Assembly: GCA_002633005.1 (NCBI GenBank)
Contig: NMRA01000205.1
Coordinates: forward strand, 421,273 to 485,272
Length of the DNA: 64,000 nt
Origin: Phoronis australis
Lineage: Eukaryota > Animalia > Phoronida
Direction of reading: 5' to 3'
Shown here: positions 37,750 through 49,500 of the stretch, one piece after another
Layout: each line of letters opens with the position of its first letter
Numbering within the stretch: position 1 is the first letter of the stretch
Position numbers and translations under genes: made by a program
The notes under the pieces: model-generated
Told to the model about the DNA's origin: nothing
Database searches by the model: none
What the model saw: the letters and a program-made list of their open reading frames with translations, nothing else

Positions 37750-37974
37750 CCTTTGTGTGCAGCATACAGTGCCAACTATTAGGTTAAAAAAAACTAGTAC
37801 ATGATAGTTACATGCAAAATAATCACCAACATAGGACTGTAAGAAAATAGTGATAGATTTTGGATTTCATGCAATTTTTATGCATTTCCACTGTATACAG
37901 AATGTTCTGTGCTTAAACACTGGAGATCATGTCACTTAGACTACATTAGAAATACCCTGTCACAAACATCTTAA

Positions 37975-39578
37975 AGGAGAATGCCACCCAAAAACAACTT
38001 ATTTTGTATCAATTTAGATCGAGTAGTTCCACTCGATAACAGCAAGCTCAGTTGTTTTACCCGACACCTAATTGCAGACGGAGGTGTTGAAATTAACCAA
38101 TGACTTAATCGGTTCGAACGCACTACGTCTCTTCAGCCGTTCACAACAAGCTTACTGGTATCAACTTATCGCTTGAATTTATCGTTTTACACTAATAAAT
38201 CGTCAAAATTTGATGTAAACCTCTTACAAATACATCGAGGGGACAAATGTGTTGTTTTATTTCACTGTTACGGATTTATAGGTATTTGAACATATGGTTG
38301 CCTACAGACTTTAGTAGGCCAATTTACCATGGTCCATCGCGGCAGTTTGAGTCTGTTTGGTGATAAATTCGAATCATTCTTCCGTGAAATACAGACGGGG
38401 GAACATAGCTGTGTGTTGTACCTACAGACTTGCAATTTTTTCAGTTCTAAACAAACAAAACGCTTGTTAGTCCGTGCCAGTGGCTCGGAACCTGAGGACC
38501 GTCGCGGCCACAGGGACTGGACATCATGAACATAAACCAACTTAAGTTGCAATCTAAACCTCCAGTCACAAAAAGACTATAATAGTGAGCCAAAGAAATA
38601 AATGTGCACGTAATTATTTAGGTGAATTAGCCACGAAACTGAAAATCTACGTACTTGTCGGGGGCCGCCAAGTCAAGGTCCCCTTCCACAGAACGGTGAG
38701 GGCAAAGGTTGTACAGTAACAATGACTTGAATGTATTTATATATCTAAATAAAGATTCCCCTAACATGTGACCATAGCATATAAAATCGAGTTATTGTTT
38801 CACAACTGTTACAGATTTCTGTCAAACACTGAATTAGCATGCGCTCACATGGCCTCGGTGCTCGGTCAATTACTTTAATTCCATCTAAAGCCATTGACGC
38901 AGTGATTTATTCATTGCTGGCTTCTCAAAACATTTGCACTCTCATGAATACTCCAAAGGCATTACAAATTGTTTCTAATGAGAAAGACTTTTTAGTTTTA
39001 TATAAGCACTGGTTAGGGTGAGAATAATTCATTTTGAAACAGAACGCAGAATAATAAACGTCTACATGGCAACTCACACGGCGCCTGGCCCAACTTAGTC
39101 AAGAGCTCATCCGATGAAGACTTCACAGGTCGGACCGTTAGGTTTCACAGGCTATCAGTTCGAATTGGAATACACTGATCAAGAAATACTAGAGAGGCGC
39201 CGTGAACATGCATAGGCAACAGAACGTATGGATAGTTCTTTGGTAAGCCAGAATTCGTCAGAAATCATAGTCGACGAAATGCCGGCCACAGACATGTTTC
39301 ACGGCCTCATACTTGCTATGAACAGCGTACTTTTCATTTTTCACTGCCGCAAGCCACTTCCTAAGCATTTTGGGCTCTCGAGGAAGTCAAAAAACGATAT
39401 ACCCGCTTTCTTCGCAGCTTCATAGTTCGGACAAGCGGGAACGATGCACCGCAACATAGCGGCATTCTCTCTGCAGATGAACCACTGATGTCGCTAAGAC
39501 ATCTCTCGGCAAGGTGATGTGGATATAGACCAATTAAGACGGTAAAAAAAGACTAATTAAATTGGGTGCTATTCTCCT
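37975..39578. mobile_element. Kolobok-type DNA transposon, internally deleted and non-autonomous
   Basis: TTAA at 37971-37974 and 39579-39582. TIRs AGGAGAATGCCACCCAA and AGGAGAATAGCACCCAA match at 15 of 17 positions. Contains THAP and KolX-like relics. Confidence 0.85.
39258..39457 (-). pseudogene. Frameshifted THAP domain (transposase N-terminus) inside the Kolobok element
   Basis: Restoring one C gives MLRCIVPACPNYEAAKKAGISFFDFPREPKMLRKWLAAVKNEKYAVHSKYEAVKHVCGRHFVDYDF*, which carries the C2CH THAP signature (CxxxxC, FxFP, W, VCxxHF). Confidence 0.85.
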
Positions 39579-40579
39579 TTAAGGAATTGAAAGTACCGGT
39601 ATAGTAAAACTACCGTACGTCAGATCTTCGCTGAACAAAGTTTCAAGTCGCATGACCTCATGTACTCAGCCTTCAGATATGTCGGATTTCACCTTTAGAT
39701 AAAATCTCTTAGTTCGGTTAGATTTGACTAATGTAAGTTTCACTAAAGATTTTCAAAAAATAAGTAAGGCACCATGCAAGAAATACCATGAAACATTTTC
39801 AATTTTACAGCATATCTTAACATAAACCAAATTAAACGAAACTTATTCAAGACAACTCTCTTCCATCATGTCTGTCCTGGCACACATATAAATCCAAAGG
39901 CATTTCATTGACATAACAAGAAAACTAAAACAAACAGAGCACATCGCAAGATTTTCTGCATAGATTGAAGTGAATGTCACTACGTTGTAATCCATTTAGA
40001 AAACCACCTTGCATAAATTTCCACATTAGACATAAAAGATTCACATAGGCTATTTTTACTGAAAAATGAATCTTAAGCACTAAATCTCTCAGCAAAGGAT
40101 ACATCAATTCTGATTATTCCTTTAAACCTTTTGACCACAGTAAGCTGATTTTGCTTAGACCACCTTGAACCAAAATCACACTACAGTACTGTAGAAGAGC
40201 ATTCTGCATACTTTGAAATGATTTAAAACTAACACTGGCATCCATAACCCCTGATTTTATACATCCGCCTGTACAGTCCACGACAAAGTTTAAATTCAGG
40301 CAAGGGTAGATTGGGTATGAACACGGTGAATCACGCACGTGCCTTGACACAACGATAAAATTTTTCAGGGTCACATGGTTATCCAAAGTTTCCATTGAAA
40401 TGAAATGTTCCGACTGTTATGAATTATATCACGAGTTTTGGAGCACTTAGCACCAGCTGGCAAAAACAATGGAGAACGTTGACCTCTCCCACCAGTCTAT
40501 AACTTCATAAATGCGGTATGGAGCACAAGATTGTGTAACTCCATGCACATCATCAATTATAACAGAGGTATGACAAAAT

Positions 40580-43500
40580 TCACTTGACTGCTTTGAGATG
40601 TAAGGCTGCATTTGGTGTCAGTCCACATTCTTCCAATGTGGCGTCATCATTGGTGTACGTCCTGTTGGGAAACGCCGACATTATCACATACGGGGGCGCC
40701 CCTGATGGCCTGCAACAAGAGACAACGCTTGAAGTGAACAACAGGCAACCCAGCTCCATGACTGGTATAATCTTCTAATTGTAACATTTATACTTGATTG
40801 ACTTTAGGGCCTTTCGCATTAGATTTAGAACGGTGAACTAACATCCTTTCTCGGCTACAAGAATTTTAGATCCAATGTGAAAGGTGATTTAGACTCATGG
40901 TTAAATTCAGGATGGTATTAAATAGAACCCTTGAAAACACGACTGGTGAGCAGACGATAGTTTCCTCGATTACGTAACCGCAATGCAAATGGTTTGGTTA
41001 GGATTATTTTTCTCCAGTGTCCTACACTGTTTTGCCATCTCACACAAGTGCCGAGTTCTTCCTGTCATTTCAAGCACTCTCGACGTTGTTTGCTCACTGA
41101 TGCATCGGTCGTTCAGTTAGAGAACCAGATTCCTCCACTGAATACATAATTACACGCCTGATTGCCTGGTTCTTTAAATCACGGAGCACAGTATACAATG
41201 AGTGCCCTGATAGCAGCATTTGGAGCGACTTGACATTCCAGCGCATGTAGTATGGTGAAGGTTTAAAGTTAGGACTTAGGAGATTGGAATCTTAGTGTGA
41301 TCATATGTTATCACGCTGATCTAAAATATGTTTCAACTGGGAACTAGTCCAGTAAATTCAAAAGCACCTTATCAAGTGAAGGTTGCTATGCCATAGCGCA
41401 GTGAGTTATGATGTGTTTTGACAGACATGTAATCTTTATCACCTGGTATGTCATAAACAGCTCACTTATTCCCAGTGACTAACTGGTGTTTACGACTCAT
41501 TTACTCAATGGTATTGATCTGAGGTTAGATGAAACTCAAAAAGTTGATTTACACCACAGACTTCTAAATAGGTTTTTAGACTGAAATTTCATCAACAGTC
41601 CCAAATTTACATTTTGAGTTTTTCAGCGAAAGATGATTGCTAGGAACGAAAACAATCACTGCGCTAAGCAAAAAAATAGAACAATGCTGAGGATTTCATT
41701 TATATTTTTCAAATGCATTGTGGGACAGTTGTTAGCACGTAATATCCGGTGACGTAACGTGCAAACAAAATGAAGAGAAACAACATTTATGTCTTGCGTG
41801 CACCAGAGTGAAAGCATAGGTTCCTTGCAACAACAAAGCAACCATCGTAAAAAAATAAAACATTGAGAGATCAGCAAGTCTTTTGCACAAAAAAATCTTG
41901 AGGAATGGCATCTGTAATGGTAGGACATCTATTGTCTTGTGTGAGAAGCTGCACTGTGGATAGTCTTAGTGAGTGTTGCCGCTCTCAATAGTAATTCGCA
42001 TGTCAGTGGCTTTTGAATGGCTGCATCTACCTTGAACCCACGTTTGTGTAATTGAGAAAAGCTTGAGACGGCATTTTCTAACATCATTCATGCCACGTCA
42101 TTTGAGACATTGGCAAGTTTTTACGGTTCTGCTCCGACTGTGCCTATGCTACTGTTCTTGATATTGCGAATGCAAAGCGTGCATGTTCATTGTAACATAG
42201 AGAGTAAAACTTACTAATAAACAAGTAAATTTCAACATGTCTGTTTTGCAAGCAAAACCAGCATCTTGCAAGGCATGGCAATCACTTCAACATCCAATCA
42301 CGCTGAAATCAAATCTCATCACCTAAAGCACAAATTATGAATCAGGGTGCATGTCTACAAGTTATCTATGACGTGACCGGATGTTAATGAGCCAACAAAC
42401 AGCCCACAATGCATTTGAAAAATGACAGCAGCGCCATCGATGAAATCCCCAATTACCAAAATACACCCTCGTCTTACCTTTGTGAGGACAACCACTTCTT
42501 GAGATCTTTAATAGTATCGGAGAATTTCATTTTTAAGATGTAAGACTGACCGGTCTCTGACTTGATCTTTAGCGTGGTCAAATTTCGTGGAGTAGGAGGA
42601 CGTACGTTCTCGTCTAAGGACAGCCTGTCAGAGCATAACAGTATTACATAATTCTTGGTGAAATCATTAGGATAAATCTTAAAACTAAAAGCAAGTCAAG
42701 GGTTAAAATTCACATTCCATGCTTTTACAATTCATGCCCAGTGAAAAAAGCTTTAAAAGGTGAAAAATGACCTTCCGAGAGTGCCGCCGCTTAGATGAAG
42801 TAACATCCCCGAGACATTCTGTGCATTGACCGAGACTGCTTTGAATTCCTGAGCTTCTTTCCTTTTTTGCGGCATATTTTTAAAATACTTCACCCAGACT
42901 GTTCACGTGGTGGATCACATCATATAGTACTTGTGTGTAACGTTAAAGTTTTCTCTTTTTTAAAAGAAACAGTTTTGTAAAAATGTAACAATTTAATACT
43001 TGAAAAGAGGTAAATAAGACAAAAACAATGGCAATTGTGCATTGAACTTGTAACAATTCCTGATCATAGTTAAATAACAACAATATTTGACATTGTAGAT
43101 ACCAAGGAATTGGCACCTAAGTTGCAGACGACATAATATTTAGCAAATAAAACTGAGACACAAGTGTCACATAGTTAACGGTCTTATACTAGATGTTACA
43201 GTTGGGATCTGATTGCATGTTGAGTGTTATTAATACTGCTGCAATTTTATTACTGTAAATTATTTTGGGACAATTTCAATTGGTGATCGAACCGGCTAAT
43301 AGCGTCGAGTCAACATTGATCTACCTTTTGAACTTTCCATTTCAGAGGGTACAGTTGTAGTAGTCCCGGGAGTGCAATACGGAAAACAATATCACATGGC
43401 CATATTGCACTCAACTTATTCAATACGTATGGGATAAAGTTCTCATTTGTTCCGTTTTTACTTGAATCTGCATTCTCTGACAAGCCTCGTAACAAACCAC

Positions 43501-46500
43501 TCTTACCTTTCTTTCAATTCTTTGACTGTGTCTGTCTCGACTAGAGTGACGCCATTTGTTTGTTGACCGTTTTGCCCCTGAAAACAAAAAGTTGCTTACA
43601 CCTAGTCATGCAATTATAATACTATACAACCAAAAGAAATAAAAAATAAAGTCATTTTAACTCAACACAATGGCCACGTACTTTGCACTTCTTTGGAAAT
43701 AGTTTCTAGCCACCAGGTGTCTCCCTTATCAGTCCCTGCTTTTCTCCAGCTTGGTACTATAAAATTTTCACTTTAATCAGCTCTTGCATAACATTGCATA
43801 ACAAAACATTGTAACCTACCATGATATACATCCATTGGTGCAATAATGCCATACGCGTTTTGTCATCTCTGTTGATGTCAGCGCAATTTTTACACTTAAA
43901 ATCATCACTTGTTTACAAATAACAAAAAAACTCCAAATAGAATTAATATGTTTTAATAAAGTTTCTGAGCTAAGATCCTGCATCCCTACATACCTTTAGC
44001 TTGTGGCTAACTGACTCTCGAATATCAATAATTTTCCCTTGTTTTATAACAGAGGCAGGTAAGCGATTCAGAAACTGGTCCGGAGTTAACTTCCTGCCTG
44101 AAAAAGTTAACATCAAAATGATCAGATCTAATCATACAATTCCAGGGGCGGATCCAGGATTTTGAGTTCGGGGCAGTCAGAGCAGAGAATTAGCCAAGAT
44201 TTTGCCTGTCAGGCATTCGCACCCTCGAACTGCTCAAATGGAATCTAAGAGAATGTAAGGAGGGGCATGGCCCCCTTGACCCCCTCTAAATCCACCACTG
44301 AATTCAGTCCAGTGTTCAGTCCACAACCTGTTTTGACTCGTCACTGCATTGAGTTTAAATTTAGTTGTGACGACTTGCGTTGAGTTTGAAAGCCTTTGTG
44401 ACGAGTTTTCAGAATAGGTAGATCAGTTATTTTTTAAACAAATTTGGACATTTTGGATTTTTGGTGCTAGGTCACTGCATTTATTCCAAGACTTAACACA
44501 CAAACTCCACATAGTACAGACATGGACTTTTGAACACGTACAAGAAGTTCGTAATTCCAGTCAAGTTTGAATTTTCTGTTGTGGAGAACTCTAAAAAAAT
44601 AGATTTTGTTTCATTACATTAAATTCTGCATTTCACATTCTAATATTGATATGTAAACAGCAGTGACTTCATACCCACTCTTTTCTTCTCTGTTATTTTT
44701 TGGTAAATCAGAATTGAAACTTTTCCCTTATCAGCATTTTAAAACCCAAACTGGCTAACAGCCCATGGTTACGATAAAATCTCACCAATTCCGGATAAAA
44801 ATAATTGCTAAAATTACTGTTTTTCATCTTTCAAGGTCTCTTAACACTCAGGCAAATGGCACGCTCACAACCTTTCCAAATATTTTCCAATGGTAGTTAT
44901 GGTACAGAACTTAAACATGATAAAGCATTTGATGCTACCCATCTTTTTTGTGAAAAAGTGAGAAAGTTGATGAGATTATACCACAGTATATCAATAGCAC
45001 ATACAACACAGGTTGGATCACGTAAATTCACATATGTGATATACAACATCGGAATACAGAAGAAATCGATCAGTTTGACTAACTAGATGCTCTGGTGCAG
45101 ACTGCGATGTGAATGCATGCAGGCCCTCACTCCAACTACTTAGACAGACTTTATCATCATCAACAGAAAGAGAAGATATCAGCTGAGAAATAGAAGCATA
45201 ATTGACTCACTCTGGATATCCGCTTCTGTCTCGTACTTCATGTCCGGATTATCTTCACAGAACTGTGTACCTTTGTTCAAATTGGTTGGAACCAGTCGCG
45301 AAGGCTGCGTCTCCCCACCCAGCGTCTGCCCCGCCCCGTGGAAAGCATTGATGCCTCGTGTAGACTGAAACACGACATTCCTCTTGTCCGTAACCTGTAT
45401 GAAGAATGATTAAAAATGCAAGTTTCATGACTTGACAGTGGGTTTGTCTGGACACAGTAAATGTGTTCATATGGTATGTGATAAGTCTACCTGAAAAGTA
45501 CAGAAAGGTAGATGTCATTGTTTTATATGATACCTGGTATCGACATTCTTAATATAATTTCCTTTCACAAGCTCTTGCTATACACCCCGCCAGGCACGTC
45601 AGTAAGATTGGGAAAAAGTGTGGTCGGGAAAATTTATCGACAATTAACAGATCGTATTGTATAGTACCATTCAACAGGTACCGATGGTCTCAAAAATTCT
45701 TCTTTGTGAATAATATTTCCATTATACCCGTGATAACGCTGACAAGAATTGATCAAATCTCAAAGCTAATTTCAAAATATATACGATAAGTGTACTTCAG
45801 GAAAATTATTTAAACTTCAATCTATTTCATTTCCATACTTGACAGCAAAAGTATAATAAACAACGAGTCATTCAATCATATCACACGGGCAATGGTGAGA
45901 AAAATGTATCCTTTGATAACAAATTTGTAAATATTCTGCAATTTTGTGAACAGACCAAGAGGAAGTATAGATGAAATCTTCCGCCAAACTAGTGAAAAGC
46001 AATAATTTGAAGCTTCCCAGTGTTTTCAAGTCTCTGCCTTGACTTTGCAGCTTCAATAAACTTTCATTTTGTTAATATGTAAGGTCAAAGCCTCGACCAC
46101 ATCTTTCAAAGAATATGTCCTTTAATTTTATAATTTTAAACAATACATCATTGTTGAGCACTACTTTCCATGTGAGTCCTCAACGCATTCACACCACAGT
46201 CACTACATTTCACAAACTCAAATTAAGACATAGCACAATGAGATGAGAGATCATTAGTGCAATAAATTGCTGGTGACCACAGCTCAAACGACAAAGAGGA
46301 AATCCTCAGTCCAAACCACAATGCTATCAGCTTCCCCCATAATTAACTTCAGCCAGTAAGTCAATGCTTCAAAGAGCACAGACCACATGGATGACCAGAA
46401 CAATATTAGCTGAAAGTTTAATGAAAAAAATTCTGCCTGTTACAAGGTCGCGTACCACAAAAGGTATTCCATCAGGATACCGCTGTTGTAGTTCTGATGG

Positions 46501-49500
46501 GAAATAGCCATCCATCAGATCCCGCATGCACGTCTGTGTTATAAGATCTGAGTAGGGTCGAAATGGTCCACTGAACATGACTATGCCGTTGGCATACAGT
46601 GTTAGCTGGATAGGGTCAGGCATCTGGAAAATAAAACCAGTTGAAGCACATTTCAATCCCCAGCATGGCCTATAGTGTGCATGTATATTTTCTTGCTGAT
46701 CACTTAGCCTCTCCCACAACTGCTAGATCTATATTTCCACCTTAACTCAGGTCACGATTTAGACATATTTTCACTATCACCCAAGTCAATACATTCATGT
46801 TCTTTCTCAGTGTTCTTTTTTCCCTCCAACAAATCTCCTTGAGCCCGTACCATTCATCGAGCGACGCATATTTATCGCTGGCAGGAGTAATGTTTTTTTG
46901 TACTCAAAGGCCATCCAACAAAGCTATGGTAAAATCTCACCAATTTAAGACACAATATGGCCGACAAGTGAAATTTTATGTTTTCGTTTTTTAATACAAG
47001 ATAGGTAGCACCAAATAAATGCTATACCATTTTAAAGGTTTATGTTTTTGAGAAATTGTGGACATTCAAAAGAATATTTTGGTAGCTTTTGAAAAATGAA
47101 AAAATACCAATTTTGGCAATTATTTTTGTCCGAAATTGGTGAAATTTTACCGGATCATGATCCTAAATTCATACTAAGCTCCACCTACTGTATGACTATT
47201 TTTACTATTCCATAACCGACTAGAGCAAAGTTCACTCCCACCAACTTGACTCTGTCCATCCTAAGATGTATCCTGACTACCCCCCCCCCCTCAGTAATGC
47301 AATCTCTCACCTCTCACAAACTCAACTTCAGCTAACCTCTCCGGTCACTCTGTGATGTATTTTTGCTATTCCCTCTTCCCACCCAATATACACTAACATC
47401 TCTACTAAAATACTCACTCCAGGATTTTTAATGCTCAATCTGTAGTGCTCTGCTCAGCACACACAACAAGATTTTTTTTGATCTTAAATGTCCTGAACAT
47501 TAAAACACATCCCACAAAACTCCCTTCCTACCTTCAACTTCGCTCCAGCCACAGTGTGATGTATTTTTGCTATCCCCTCCCCCGCCATTACATTGAGTTC
47601 CTTAATGTTCTCCACCACAAGATCAAAGTCGACTGTGAAGTTCTCTTCACCAGCTACAGAGTCATCTGAAAGATTGGAACACATCAAGTCATAATCAGAT
47701 AGTCAATCACATGGTTAGCGCAAACCATGTATACAATGTTGTCCTCTGGAGACTTATAGGTTGTTCAAAGTCAGGAAGAAAAATACCAGAGAATGCAGAA
47801 CAATTGCCTTTTGTCAAAAAATATTTTTTACAAATAATAGACCTTGTCACCTGTTTTGAGTTAACAACTGATCATCTTCTTCCAGTCAGCTACAAGTCTA
47901 GCAGCAAAAAAGATCATGGCTGAACCAATCTGACTCGTGTTCTATGCATTAACACACATAAAAGTATTCATTATAAACAAAGGGTACACAGATTAAATGT
48001 TTGCATTAATGTTGGAGTTGGCTCAGTTTTTGAGGATGACATGAAATAATAGCACAAGCCAAAACCAAAACAGACAAAATCACCCAGAATTCCCTGTCAC
48101 TATGGCTGAAAACAAGCCTGTCATTCTAGCTACTCTGTGAGTCATGTTTGCTCTTAGCTGCCATTACGGGAATCATCCATGAGGCCCACATCTTGTCAGC
48201 CGTCATGACGAGCAAGTGATATCTGCCCAATAACTTTTGGTTTGTACAGTAGGAGCTGACAAGCATCAACTCATGGGACATTGACTTGCTGCATGTCAAA
48301 CGTCAGTACTTGACAGGTTCAAAGTTCAAACCCACCAGGTCTCCACACATTCTTGGTGCTTGGTATACTAGTCATGCTGGACGTGTCCACAGCCTGATTT
48401 GTTGTGCTTGGGATCTCTTCATATTTCTCATCATTGTACATGTCCGAGTCAGGATCAGACTTTTCGCCGACCCATACCATACCATAGTCAGCAAGAAACC
48501 CCTGGAAAATAGAAAATAAAATTTTGAAATATGTGAAGTCGAATTATTGAGAAAATCCGCGGGCATTTTTCAGCTCACAATCAATGCTATGGTTGACAAG
48601 CATATAATCTTCAGACATAAAGTATTCTATGCTTGGTACGTCCTAAGACAGGTCATTTCAGACAGTTGTCATACCATTAATGTCCAACAAAGGCCAACAT
48701 GAATCATGAATAAACCAGGCCATGGGTACTTTCTTCAAAAAAACTTACGTGGGTGAGTAAGTAAAGAAGTTTGACTTCACCTTACTTTTCTGATGGTCAC
48801 AAAAGATAACAGACTAGACCTGTAATAAGCCTACCGGTATGTGAGAATAATTTCCTTGACACTATCCCTTTCTAACCACACATTTAAGGCCGCGTTTAGC
48901 TAAGCACTTGGTATTCCTGGATTTTCATCATTTTCATGTTATTGTCTGAATGTTCACACTCATGCTTGGCTCAATGCCCACCACTGTTTTTAAAGGATCT
49001 CAGTTTAAGCACCCTGAATTAGTAACAGTAAGTTCGGATGATGTGGCACCACAGGGTGTCCCAATCACACTTCAGATGACAATCATTGTGCTGTTTCTCA
49101 GTTAGCCTGGAACAAGATGACTGGCCTTAGGTCATGCAGAGATCTAAAGAAATAAAAGCATTGTTTATTAACATGAGAAAATTAAAAATGGACTTTGTAA
49201 TTCCTTGACGTTTTGAGTTTCCAGTAGTATTGTGTTATAGATTTTCATTCTACAAACATGACTCGTTTGTTCTTTTTGTGCATACAGGGCCTGTGACACC
49301 ATACACGTCTACTTTTACAGACCAGTCAATATGCTCGGGCACATTGTGCTTGAGTGCGAGTTCATTTTGGGACACCCTGTACAATGAATTTTTTTAATAG
49401 TTCCAAACTCGACGGACCGATATCTGTTACGGAAGCTCCAGCTGTAAAAAAATATGATAATGGAAATAATTGTTCTAAAAATAAAATGCAAACTACTTAA

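Noticed and set aside
39111-39140. Hammerhead-like CCGATGAAGAC...GTCGGACCGTT
   Set aside because: The core nucleotides CUGAUGA and GAAA are both broken, and the sequence is better explained as the coding relic SSDEDF.
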